Source of the DNA: Patescibacteria group bacterium
GTDB taxonomy: Bacteria > Patescibacteriota > Microgenomatia > Levybacterales > UBA12049
Assembly: GCA_035510695.1 (NCBI GenBank)
Contig: DATKGO010000070.1
Span: 1-43,057 of the forward strand
DNA length: 43,057 nucleotides
Direction: 5' to 3'
The notes below the pieces were generated by a model. That model saw only the letters and a program-made list of their open reading frames with translations, had not been told where the DNA came from and did not search any database. Made by a program: the position numbers and the translations under genes. The first letter of the stretch is position 1. The number at the start of each line of letters is the position of its first letter. Positions 1-7,150 of the stretch are shown in pieces.

Positions 1-367
1 TGCTGTAGTCGTACCAAATCTTTCTTGCGTTTTGTTCGGCAGTAAGTTTATCTATCTTTATTCCATTGAGTAGGTACTTGTCATTCGTTCTGTAAGCAGT
101 TAGAGCTTCAACACAAGAGACATAGGTATTCCATTTTTCAACAAAGCCAATTTGATCGGCGATAGATTTTTGTCTCATACCATTTTTTAATGTTTCGTAC
201 ATCTGGTGCATTGCATCAAGTGCGCTAATAGCTTCGTAGAGCACTTTCTTTCCATCATGTGAAGAAGTTGTTAATTTGTCGAGATAGATTGAGCGTAAAC
301 AACTATACGAAGCCTTTGCGTGTCTTTTTATAGATTTTAGTGTTTCAAGATTGTCGTTGTAATTCAT
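1..367 (-). CDS. Hypothetical protein, N-terminal part only (gene runs off the left edge)
   Basis: ATG at 367-365 with an open frame down to position 1 (my translation: MNYNDNLETLKSIKRHAKASYSCLRSIYLDKLTTSSHDGKKVLYEAISALDAMHQMYETLKNG...). It is absent from the ORF track because no stop falls inside the window. Same strand as the macro-like ORF and 47 nt downstream of it. Confidence 0.5.
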   Translation of the reverse strand, partial: MNYNDNLETLKSIKRHAKASYSCLRSIYLDKLTTSSHDGKKVLYEAISALDAMHQMYETLKNGMRQKSIADQIGFVEKWNTYVSCVEALTAYRTNDKYLLNGIKIDKLTAEQNARKIWYDYS

Positions 368-414
368 TTATTTATTAATCTTAAATATTGCCTTGCATCT
401 TCCATAAGCAATTT

Positions 415-996
415 TTATCTATAGAGCGTTATTTCTTCCAGTGATGTATTATTATACTCCCTTGATACCCCAATCATGATATTCATGATTTCATCCTCAC
501 TAAGTATTTTCAAAGCCTCTTTGTTAAAGATGCGTGTAATAAAATCATTTATCATATCCTTTTTGCGAAAGTGCTTCTTTATAATAGGAATTGCTATAGT
601 TTTGACATTGTAGAGCGTAGCAAGCGTAAAAGCTGCACGTGTTGCTTGATGAAGAGTAACCGAATCAAGTATCTCGTCAGGGCTATCGTGATCCTCGTAA
701 GGTAGGAAGATAAGATTAGTTACTGGAAGTCCATAAGATTTCGTAATCACCGCATGACCTAGCTCAATATGTCCTATTCCAGATAATTCTTTTAAAAGAT
801 GCACCTCGCATTCTTTTCGTTTTTCCCGTTCTTCCTTACTTATTTTTTTATAGCTATAATCCGTATCGGAACCATAGGCCAGATATTGAAGTATCCGATT
901 GCTTTTTTTGTACGTCAAGTCAGTGTCGCTTGGGACTACGACAGCATCTCCGGTGAATCGTGAAATACTACCTGAGCCTAGAATTATTTTAGGCAT
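415..996 (-). CDS. Degenerate macro-domain-like protein (function uncertain)
   Basis: Segment order resembles macro domains: GSISRFTGDAVVVPSDTDL (cf. GDIT..DAIVNAAN), ELGHAVITKSYGLPVTNLIFLPY (cf. G.a.iT.g..L....ViH.vgP), VKTIAIPII (cf. siAFPaIstG). The Gly-rich phosphate loops are missing. Recognition is by eye only. Confidence 0.35.
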   Translation of the reverse strand: MPKIILGSGSISRFTGDAVVVPSDTDLTYKKSNRILQYLAYGSDTDYSYKKISKEEREKRKECEVHLLKELSGIGHIELGHAVITKSYGLPVTNLIFLPYEDHDSPDEILDSVTLHQATRAAFTLATLYNVKTIAIPIIKKHFRKKDMINDFITRIFNKEALKILSEDEIMNIMIGVSREYNNTSLEEITLYR

Positions 997-1025
997 AAAA
1001 ATATAATAGCAGAAGATTTACTCAC

Positions 1026-1499
1026 TTACTTTGGTATAGGTACCACATACCAAGTGCTTCCCACTTTTTCAGATAAATCATTTGCCTGTTTTACAAGCTG
1101 GTTATAGCTGGCAATATCAGTCTTGTACTCATTTACCATTGTATTGTAATCATCAACATGAGTATTATATTTATCCGTATTATTAGTTGCCAGTTCTTGA
1201 TTCATTGCTGATTTTTCCCTCGTTATATTAGATTCCAAAGCATCGATGGCGGTATTTTTCGTTTGAAGCTCTTGCTTTATAATATCAAGTTTACTTTGAT
1301 CTCCTGAATGCCACAGATTCTGAAGTCCGATAAAAACTACATTGGCTACTACAAAGAAAACTATAACTAGAATAAAACCTACTATCTTCGCTAGGTAATT
1401 GTTGGACGAAGATCGTGAGGTACTAAAATTACTAGTGTCATACATCGGTGAACCATCAGGAAGACGTACTCCTGGATTATCTTTATTTTGAGATGTCAT
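1026..1499 (-). CDS. Single-pass membrane protein with an N/Q/K-rich coiled-coil ectodomain
   Basis: Hydrophobic segment IVGFILVIVFFVVANVVFIGL, followed by heptad-like polar sequence. Lies in an operon between the DUF805 and macro-like ORFs. Confidence 0.6.
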   Translation of the reverse strand: MTSQNKDNPGVRLPDGSPMYDTSNFSTSRSSSNNYLAKIVGFILVIVFFVVANVVFIGLQNLWHSGDQSKLDIIKQELQTKNTAIDALESNITREKSAMNQELATNNTDKYNTHVDDYNTMVNEYKTDIASYNQLVKQANDLSEKVGSTWYVVPIPK

Positions 1500-1518
1500 A
1501 TTTTAGTTTATTGTTAAA

Positions 1519-2373
1519 CTATTGAACGTTTGCGCAGTTAGAAATGCAACAAGCACCATTTCCTAGATATTTTCCTCCATTATCTTCACACCTATTTCTT
1601 GAATCCGTTTCTTGCTGTTGTTGCTGTAAAGTATTATTTATATTATCTAACTGATCTTGCATGTCTGAGTTATCAGGCGTAGATTGTGTGTCTTGAATAT
1701 TTTGGGTATTTTCTTCGGTATTTTGGGTTGATTGCTCAATTTTCTTAAGCGTTGCAGCATTATCGCGTTGCTGTTGAGGAAGGAAAAGCACAAAATAATA
1801 TGCGATAGAAAGAGCAATTGTAATAAGGCATAAGCAGATAATAATTAGAAAAAGTATTTTAACTTTAGATACAGGTTTTTTATCCTTTATAACATTCTTG
1901 TTTAAGTTATCTATGACTGGCAGTATGCATGAATTGGATTTTTTCTCACCAGAAATTGATAAATTTAAAATATCAGCTGGGAATCTAATCTTTTGACTAG
2001 GCTTACTACCATACTTATTGTCACTTTGATGCCCATGCCCAAAATATAGACAAAAATATAAATATATATTTACGAATGGAACAAGTAATAAAAGGGAAGA
2101 CCATGCTGACCAGCCTAAGTCATGTAGTCTACGCACAATAAGAGAATATGAAAAAATAATTGGTAATAGAAAAGCCACTAAATAAAGTACTACAGACATT
2201 CCGCAAATAGGATAATTATAATTATTAGGATAATTGCAGGAGCCAGAAGTTATAGAGCTTATTATTTCCACAATAACAATGCTGCACATGGAGAGAGAAA
2301 GATAAAACAATAATCCAAGTAGATAATTTCTTCTGTTAATTCTACCTTTAAATAAATTTACTATATATTTCAT
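1519..2373 (-). CDS. DUF805-family membrane protein with an extra TM helix, a Q/N-rich coil and a Cys-rich C-terminus
   Basis: DUF805 hallmarks: GRINRRNYLLG near the N-terminus and RRLHDLGWSAW...VPFVN...NKYGSKP. I trimmed the start to the ATG at 2373 (MKYIVNLFKGRINRR). The 2508 start in the ORF track is a TTG inside a GC-rich structured region. Confidence 0.8.
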   Translation of the reverse strand: MKYIVNLFKGRINRRNYLLGLLFYLSLSMCSIVIVEIISSITSGSCNYPNNYNYPICGMSVVLYLVAFLLPIIFSYSLIVRRLHDLGWSAWSSLLLLVPFVNIYLYFCLYFGHGHQSDNKYGSKPSQKIRFPADILNLSISGEKKSNSCILPVIDNLNKNVIKDKKPVSKVKILFLIIICLCLITIALSIAYYFVLFLPQQQRDNAATLKKIEQSTQNTEENTQNIQDTQSTPDNSDMQDQLDNINNTLQQQQQETDSRNRCEDNGGKYLGNGACCISNCANVQ

Positions 2374-2375
2374 AC

Positions 2376-2499
2376 AAAAAGCTCTCACCAGCGACGAATC
2401 ACTCCGCCTACCACACTTTCGCGTGATAGCCTCGACGGCGCTCTGGTAAGAGCTTACTTCCGTCGAGGTCTTTCTGCCATGCCCGCAATTACTTGCGGG
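2376..2499 (-). promoter_or_regulatory. Candidate cis-regulatory structured RNA (riboswitch- or attenuator-like leader) of the DUF805 gene
   Basis: A GC-rich island in AT-rich DNA. On the minus strand it forms CCCGCAA-GUAA-UUGCGGG (2499-2482), CCUCGACGG/CCGUCGAGG (2468-2460 with 2438-2430) enclosing GCUCU-UACC-AGAGC (2453-2440), and UAUCACGC-GAAA-GUGUGGUA (2428-2409). An alternative 11-bp helix, GCUCUUACCAG (2453-2443) with CUGGUGAGAGC (2391-2381), is followed by U5 and then GU-AUG. The G-U pairs and GNRA loops exist only on the minus-strand transcript. Confidence 0.55.
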
Positions 2500-2579
2500 T
2501 TTAGGCAATTAAATTGTTGAGTATAGAATACCAGAAATTAAGTGGTATTGGAAGCATTTTCACAGGTACCCTGTGTTTT

Positions 2580-2906
2580 TTAACTGTTGCCTTCGATCAT
2601 CCCCTTATATCGGTGCTTTCTATATTCAAGCCTGAGGCAAATTCTGCATCCGATTTGGCTACTAATAGGATTTCTATAAATTATTCCGACTCTATGATTA
2701 CATGTGGGACAAGAAAACCAATACCGCAAGCCGTTGAATCGTGTCTTTGTGGTTAATAAATTAAATTTAAGACCCATAGCCTCAATTTGAGTCTGTAATG
2801 TTTGTTGTTTTACTTCCTTATTAACCCGGCGAACAATATCATCAATATTTATTTTTTGACATTGCTCCACTAAATTATTATTTCCGAAATCGTATGGCTT
2901 TATCAT
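2580..2906 (-). CDS. Small Zn-ribbon protein (CPTC...CRIC)
   Basis: Two CxxC pairs (CPTCNHRV...GCRIC). Its start overlaps the upstream ORF stop by 4 nt. Confidence 0.6.
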   Translation of the reverse strand: MIKPYDFGNNNLVEQCQKINIDDIVRRVNKEVKQQTLQTQIEAMGLKFNLLTTKTRFNGLRYWFSCPTCNHRVGIIYRNPISSQIGCRICLRLEYRKHRYKGMIEGNS

Positions 2907-3493
2907 TTATTATTTGTTTGCACTAATTGGTTTTGCCCAACAATTGCAGTTTGCGTTTTTATATTTACCTCAAGCATAGGTTGCTTAATCATTTTTAATG
3001 TCTGCAAGGAATTTAAATAGTGACGGTTTGCTCTATCGAGTTCTTTACTCAAGACTTCTAAGCGCCTAATGTTTATATCGCTATAACTCTCGCGATCTAA
3101 ATTCGCAGTTATATTCCTTTGGATTGCCAGTGTACGAATAAAGTTTATTGCTACTAACTCCGCAGTAGCCTTCTCACTAGGAGTTCTACAGTCATATTCT
3201 TTTTGCAAATTACGACTAAAATCAATTGAAAAGGTTCTATATATTTCGGATACAGAGTTAAGCATCAAACTTCCATTATCAAATTCAAATAAACTCATCG
3301 CCTTGTAAATGTTAGTTTCAGAAGAAAATGCTTTTTCTTTACCCCTATTTTTTTCAGCTTCTACCTTTGCTTTTTTTAACACTTCGTCAGTATCATAGCC
3401 TGTATGAAAGTTTTCAAAGGCCTTCTTGTAGTCATCCAGAGTTAATGGGATTGTAGATAGACTCTTCTGGTCAGCCTTAGTCGCAGACTCCAT
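2903..3493 (-). CDS. Hypothetical protein (element-encoded)
   Basis: 196-aa ORF translationally coupled to the downstream ORF. I recognised no motif. Confidence 0.55.
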   Translation of the reverse strand: MESATKADQKSLSTIPLTLDDYKKAFENFHTGYDTDEVLKKAKVEAEKNRGKEKAFSSETNIYKAMSLFEFDNGSLMLNSVSEIYRTFSIDFSRNLQKEYDCRTPSEKATAELVAINFIRTLAIQRNITANLDRESYSDINIRRLEVLSKELDRANRHYLNSLQTLKMIKQPMLEVNIKTQTAIVGQNQLVQTNNK

Positions 3494-3537
3494 AGGCTTA
3501 TTTTGTATTTTCTTCTTTTTGCTGTTAATTTTATTAA

Positions 3538-4953
3538 TTATAGTCGCACCTCCTGTTCTGATATAAGAGATGGCTGTGAAGGTGTTTTCTCTATACCATC
3601 CCTAGTTTGTGTCCCACTGCTATAGGAGGACATAAAATCCGCAGTGTCTAATAAAAGAATGCTTCTAAACTTCTCATTTATTTTGTAATCAGTAGCGATT
3701 GCACCACTTCCCTTTACCTTTTCAAGGACTTTTAATGCCGTAAGTTCATCAAGTAGACGTCTTGAGGTTTTAATTGACCGATCGTCTGAGTCAGATAATT
3801 GTTTTGCTGTTACTGTCCCGCCCTGTTCTTTAATGGTTCTAAGGGCTTGTGAACGGTCAGCAGGCATAGAGGAAATAACAACCTCCTTGATAATAGAAAG
3901 CTCTTCGACGGTAACTTCATTCTTTCCAGCCACAAAAGCAAGATACTGAGCGAGTAGCATTATTTGCTGTACCGCTCTCCATGGCTCTTCAATCTGTACA
4001 TCGGACACCTCGTAATATTTGATTTCTTCTCCGGCTTCATTTTTAAATGTTGCTGACTGTAGAATAACAATTCCACGGCAGTTAGACATCAATTCTGCTG
4101 TAGTTCGCAGATATGCCTGTGCAGGCTTACTTAAAGGTTGTATGTTAAAGGATTTTTGAGTAAGTTGATGGAGATAGGACGAAACGTACAATCTTGCTTC
4201 CTTTTCAATTAACGAACGATTTGTGCTTGTAAATATGCTTTCATAACTCTTTTCAGCATCCCCATTACTTGTTGACGGCATACTGTAACAAAGAAAGCGT
4301 GCGCCAACCATGTTCATATACTGTGTATGCCTATTAAGCGTAGCTGGCGTAATACATCCCAATTGAGAAAATGCAGAGTTGTAGCTGATATTGCCACGTC
4401 TAGAGCTAAATTTGGTAAATTCTTTATCATAAATACCAACAAGATCACCTAAAAGTTTTTTAGTCATCTTCTCATCAAGGGAAAAAATAGAAGTCCAGTC
4501 TTTGATGATAAGACATTTTTTATTAATAAGTGGCAAAAGGTCGTATACTTTCTGTGATTTTGTTACTCGTTCACCGGATATAAAAGCGTTCTGCGTAAGG
4601 TTATCTAAATAATAGGTATTTTCAGCATTTTTTATAAGCCGTACCAAGTCTGTTTTCCCTGACGAAGGCACTCCCACGAGAAGCATCCACAACATAAGAG
4701 GATTGGGGAAATAACATGATACTCCAACTGCTAAGATAATTTTAAGCCCCATCTGCGCACTTGGTAATAATTCTATTACTTTATTTTCTACTTCTTGATA
4801 ATCAAGTGGCTGTGTCAACAATTGCTGTGATTTGGTTTTTTCCTCTTGACCTGCATCATTTGTGGTAATTTCTTGCAAATTTTTATCCTTTAGATTAAAA
4901 CCAAATTCCTCTTTCATCAATTCATCTACTGGTCGCGGGTTGTTATTATTCAT
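3538..4953 (-). CDS. P-loop NTPase, putative replicative helicase (SF3/D5-like) with a C-terminal winged-helix domain
   Basis: Walker A GVPSSGKTD and Walker B-like CLIIKDW. The C-terminal region (LRTIKEQGGTVTAKQLSDS...RRLLDELTALKVLEK) looks like a wHTH. Sits among phage/plasmid-type small genes. Confidence 0.5.
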   Translation of the reverse strand: MNNNNPRPVDELMKEEFGFNLKDKNLQEITTNDAGQEEKTKSQQLLTQPLDYQEVENKVIELLPSAQMGLKIILAVGVSCYFPNPLMLWMLLVGVPSSGKTDLVRLIKNAENTYYLDNLTQNAFISGERVTKSQKVYDLLPLINKKCLIIKDWTSIFSLDEKMTKKLLGDLVGIYDKEFTKFSSRRGNISYNSAFSQLGCITPATLNRHTQYMNMVGARFLCYSMPSTSNGDAEKSYESIFTSTNRSLIEKEARLYVSSYLHQLTQKSFNIQPLSKPAQAYLRTTAELMSNCRGIVILQSATFKNEAGEEIKYYEVSDVQIEEPWRAVQQIMLLAQYLAFVAGKNEVTVEELSIIKEVVISSMPADRSQALRTIKEQGGTVTAKQLSDSDDRSIKTSRRLLDELTALKVLEKVKGSGAIATDYKINEKFRSILLLDTADFMSSYSSGTQTRDGIEKTPSQPSLISEQEVRL

Positions 4954-5164
4954 ATTGTTCCCAAACTTTCTTTTTTAATTCCTCATATGCTACTCGTTTG
5001 CTTTCAGAAATTGTATAATACAATTCTCGCTTCTTAGCGTCCTGTTCTTGGAAGAAGACTATATGCCAATCAACAGCGTCATTAAATGCCTTTTCTAGTT
5101 TCCCAAGTATTTCAATAACTTCATCTACTCCTAGTTGTCTCAACTTAACTTTATTTTCATCCAT
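4946..5164 (-). CDS. Small hypothetical protein (element-encoded)
   Basis: 72-aa helical ORF that overlaps the helicase start by 8 nt. Confidence 0.5.
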   Translation of the reverse strand: MDENKVKLRQLGVDEVIEILGKLEKAFNDAVDWHIVFFQEQDAKKRELYYTISESKRVAYEELKKKVWEQYE

Positions 5165-5165
5165 A

Positions 5166-5402
5166 TTAAATTGTTGAATATATTCTTGTTTTTAATTCAT
5201 TTATATTTTCTATTAATGCTCGCGCCTCAACTGATATTTTCCTGTTCCAATAATGGCTGATGGTCTCTTGAGCTTTATCTTCTGGATCTGCAAAAACAAA
5301 TATTGCGAACTTAGGATTTTCCCGTTCCAATCTCAAAAGTGAGAAGCCTGCGGTTTTGAGGACTACTGCTTGATAAAAATCGTTGAGTTTAAATTCTTTC
5401 AT
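5166..5402 (-). CDS. DUF5659-like small protein
   Basis: The pattern FYQAVVLKTAGFSLLRLERENPKFAIFVFADPEDKAQETISHYWNRK...LKTRI matches my memory of the DUF5659 family, which is common in phage and CPR mobile DNA. Confidence 0.5.
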   Translation of the reverse strand: MKEFKLNDFYQAVVLKTAGFSLLRLERENPKFAIFVFADPEDKAQETISHYWNRKISVEARALIENINELKTRIYSTI

Positions 5403-5538
5403 TTTTATTATATTTCTCTTTCTTAAATTGCTCGATTAATTCCCTTACCTTTCGATCTTTGACCCTCTCATATAGCCGATTCAATGCTTCGGGTAAAATT
5501 TCACCCACACTCTTAAATTTTGAATTTTCATTTTCCAT
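5389..5538 (-). CDS. Small hypothetical protein
   Basis: I trimmed the start to the ATG at 5538 (MENENSKFKSVGEIL...). The start in the ORF track (5577) is a TTG. Confidence 0.4.
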   Translation of the reverse strand: MENENSKFKSVGEILPEALNRLYERVKDRKVRELIEQFKKEKYNKNERI

Positions 5539-5682
5539 ATTGAAGCCATTATCAAATACTGCGCGGCGGGATGGCAAAAATTAGGTCTGGGTTTTTGAGG
5601 CTAAAAAATAACAGTTTTATTTTGAAAAAAGACTATTTTAATCTGGCGATGGATTTTCGAGGCTGGTTTTAGTTAGCGTTTT

Positions 5683-6867
5683 TTAAGTGGTCTGTTTAAT
5701 GTCCAGTCTATAAAAATATTTGAATCCATCCTTGTAGGACTCTATCTTCAGGACTGCACTTAATCCGTGCTTTTTGATTGTATCAAGGGTGTTGCGCTTC
5801 AAAGTAGAGAGATCTCCCGTATCAACATCTTTTTTTAAAGTTTTGGTGTCTTTTGGTTTTCCATCCCCCAGACACAACAAAAGTTTTCTTTGCTTCTTTG
5901 GAAATTTAAGATAATCAAGTATTCCTCTTACGGTTTGCTTAGGAGTTAGAGAACTAGAAAGCGGAGTTTGAATGCCAACTACTCTTGACGACTCAACCTG
6001 CGGTGTCATCTCCGGTGTCTTTTCATATGTCTTTTCTAATACCCCGTATAAGTATTTGAACTCGTGAGTAAGAGTGATAGTAGTTTTGGGGTCATAAAAA
6101 AATTCCTCTTTATCCTTAACACTTTCCCCAATAGAACCCGTGGGCTTATTCGGATCATCTGTGGGAGGTGTTCTACCTAATTCCTTAAAAGTTGAAACTA
6201 TTTTTCTATTTTCAAGATTGATAATAAGTTTTTTTGCTTCTTCATGATTAACCTTCTTCCTTTTAAATAACTCTAGGGGTATTACAAATGTATCTCTTCC
6301 CTCCAACTCCTGCGTAGCGTGAAGCCATTTCACAACATTCCATAGTCTATCCGTGAAATACTTTGTCTGTCCTTTTAGCCAGTTCTCGTAGAAATTTCTC
6401 TTTTCATCTGCAATATCCGATTGTGTTTTGTTTGCATTTATAAACCCCTGCGCTTTATCCCGAAAAACCAGAATTATTTCAGCGTTCTTATAAGGCGAGG
6501 TGTTCTTAGTCCAAGCATAAGTTGCTTGCGCAACCTCATTTAATTTATCTGGCAGTGATTTGCCCTTATAGCCATTGATAATCTTATCCCAATAAACCAA
6601 ATAATGAGCCGTCATGATTCTTACTTCTTCTCCTTCTCTAGGCACATTTGAAATTGTTTTAAGGTCGGACATTAAATACATTTTTGTCCTATCCATTACA
6701 TAGCCATAAAAATTAGGAAATAAAGAAGTTGATTCGGGGTGGATAATACCGGCCTTATCTGCTTTTGCAATTATGGCAAGTATTAAATTATTATCTTTCG
6801 GAGCCTCAGAAAGTATATTTTCTAATAACTGCTTGCAATCTTTGACTAATAAATTTTCATCTTGCAT
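5683..6867 (-). CDS. Hypothetical 394-aa protein with a possible C-terminal wHTH (candidate replication-initiation or regulatory protein)
   Basis: Long ORF, first in the minus-strand block and divergent from the HTH/recombinase genes. The C-terminal segment KQRKLLLCLGDGKPKDTKTLKKDV..LSTLKRNTLDTIKKHGL is HTH-like. No family recognised. Confidence 0.5.
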   Translation of the reverse strand: MQDENLLVKDCKQLLENILSEAPKDNNLILAIIAKADKAGIIHPESTSLFPNFYGYVMDRTKMYLMSDLKTISNVPREGEEVRIMTAHYLVYWDKIINGYKGKSLPDKLNEVAQATYAWTKNTSPYKNAEIILVFRDKAQGFINANKTQSDIADEKRNFYENWLKGQTKYFTDRLWNVVKWLHATQELEGRDTFVIPLELFKRKKVNHEEAKKLIINLENRKIVSTFKELGRTPPTDDPNKPTGSIGESVKDKEEFFYDPKTTITLTHEFKYLYGVLEKTYEKTPEMTPQVESSRVVGIQTPLSSSLTPKQTVRGILDYLKFPKKQRKLLLCLGDGKPKDTKTLKKDVDTGDLSTLKRNTLDTIKKHGLSAVLKIESYKDGFKYFYRLDIKQTT

Positions 6868-6900
6868 ATTACATTTTCTTATGTTAACTTAGTATAAAGT

Positions 6901-7122
6901 ATGGTAAATAGTAAATCAACCACATTCTCTCCTTCTGATCCTACATCTTGGTCGTCTCTGCTTACTGTCAGTCAAGTTGCGCAAATTTTAAATCTTAGCC
7001 CGTGGACACTGAGACAGTGGGACATAAAAATGAAGTTAGTGGCTTTAAGAGTAGGAAATAGAAAAGATCGTAGGTATAAAAAGGAAGATATTCTGACAAT
7101 AGTTGAAAAAGGATTGAAGTAA
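6901..7122 (+). CDS. Excisionase/MerR-like helix-turn-helix protein (possible recombination directionality factor)
   Basis: LTVSQVAQILNLSPWTLRQWD...RVGNRKDRRYKKEDI resembles the HTH_17/excisionase family. Lies immediately upstream of the recombinase. Confidence 0.6.
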   Translation: MVNSKSTTFSPSDPTSWSSLLTVSQVAQILNLSPWTLRQWDIKMKLVALRVGNRKDRRYKKEDILTIVEKGLK

Positions 7123-7150
7123 AAAATTATTCAATCCTTACAAATGTAAT

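Noticed and set aside
2381-2453. Possible tRNA or tRNA-like att target (73-nt segment closed by a long stem)
   Set aside because: The closing helix is 11 bp rather than a 7-bp acceptor stem. There is no T-loop (GTTCRA) or D-loop consensus and no cloverleaf arrangement.
2374-2508. N-terminal 45-aa extension of the DUF805 ORF (track start at 2508)
   Set aside because: The start codon is a TTG, and the extension would be translated through a GC-rich region that folds into several stable hairpins. The DUF805 family N-terminus (GRI.RR.Y) begins right after the ATG at 2373.
2561-2581. Plus-strand terminator-like hairpin CACAGG-tac-CCTGTG followed by T6
   Set aside because: No credible plus-strand gene or RNA ends here. 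On the minus strand the T run becomes an A run that precedes the stem, next to the stop of ORF 2580-2906. I noted it only as a palindrome of unclear role.
2514-2756. 80-aa plus-strand ORF overlapping the Zn-ribbon gene and the RNA-leader flank
   Set aside because: It is antisense to a better-supported minus-strand ORF that is translationally coupled to its neighbour. It has no start context and its composition is not coding-like. It is probably a shadow ORF.
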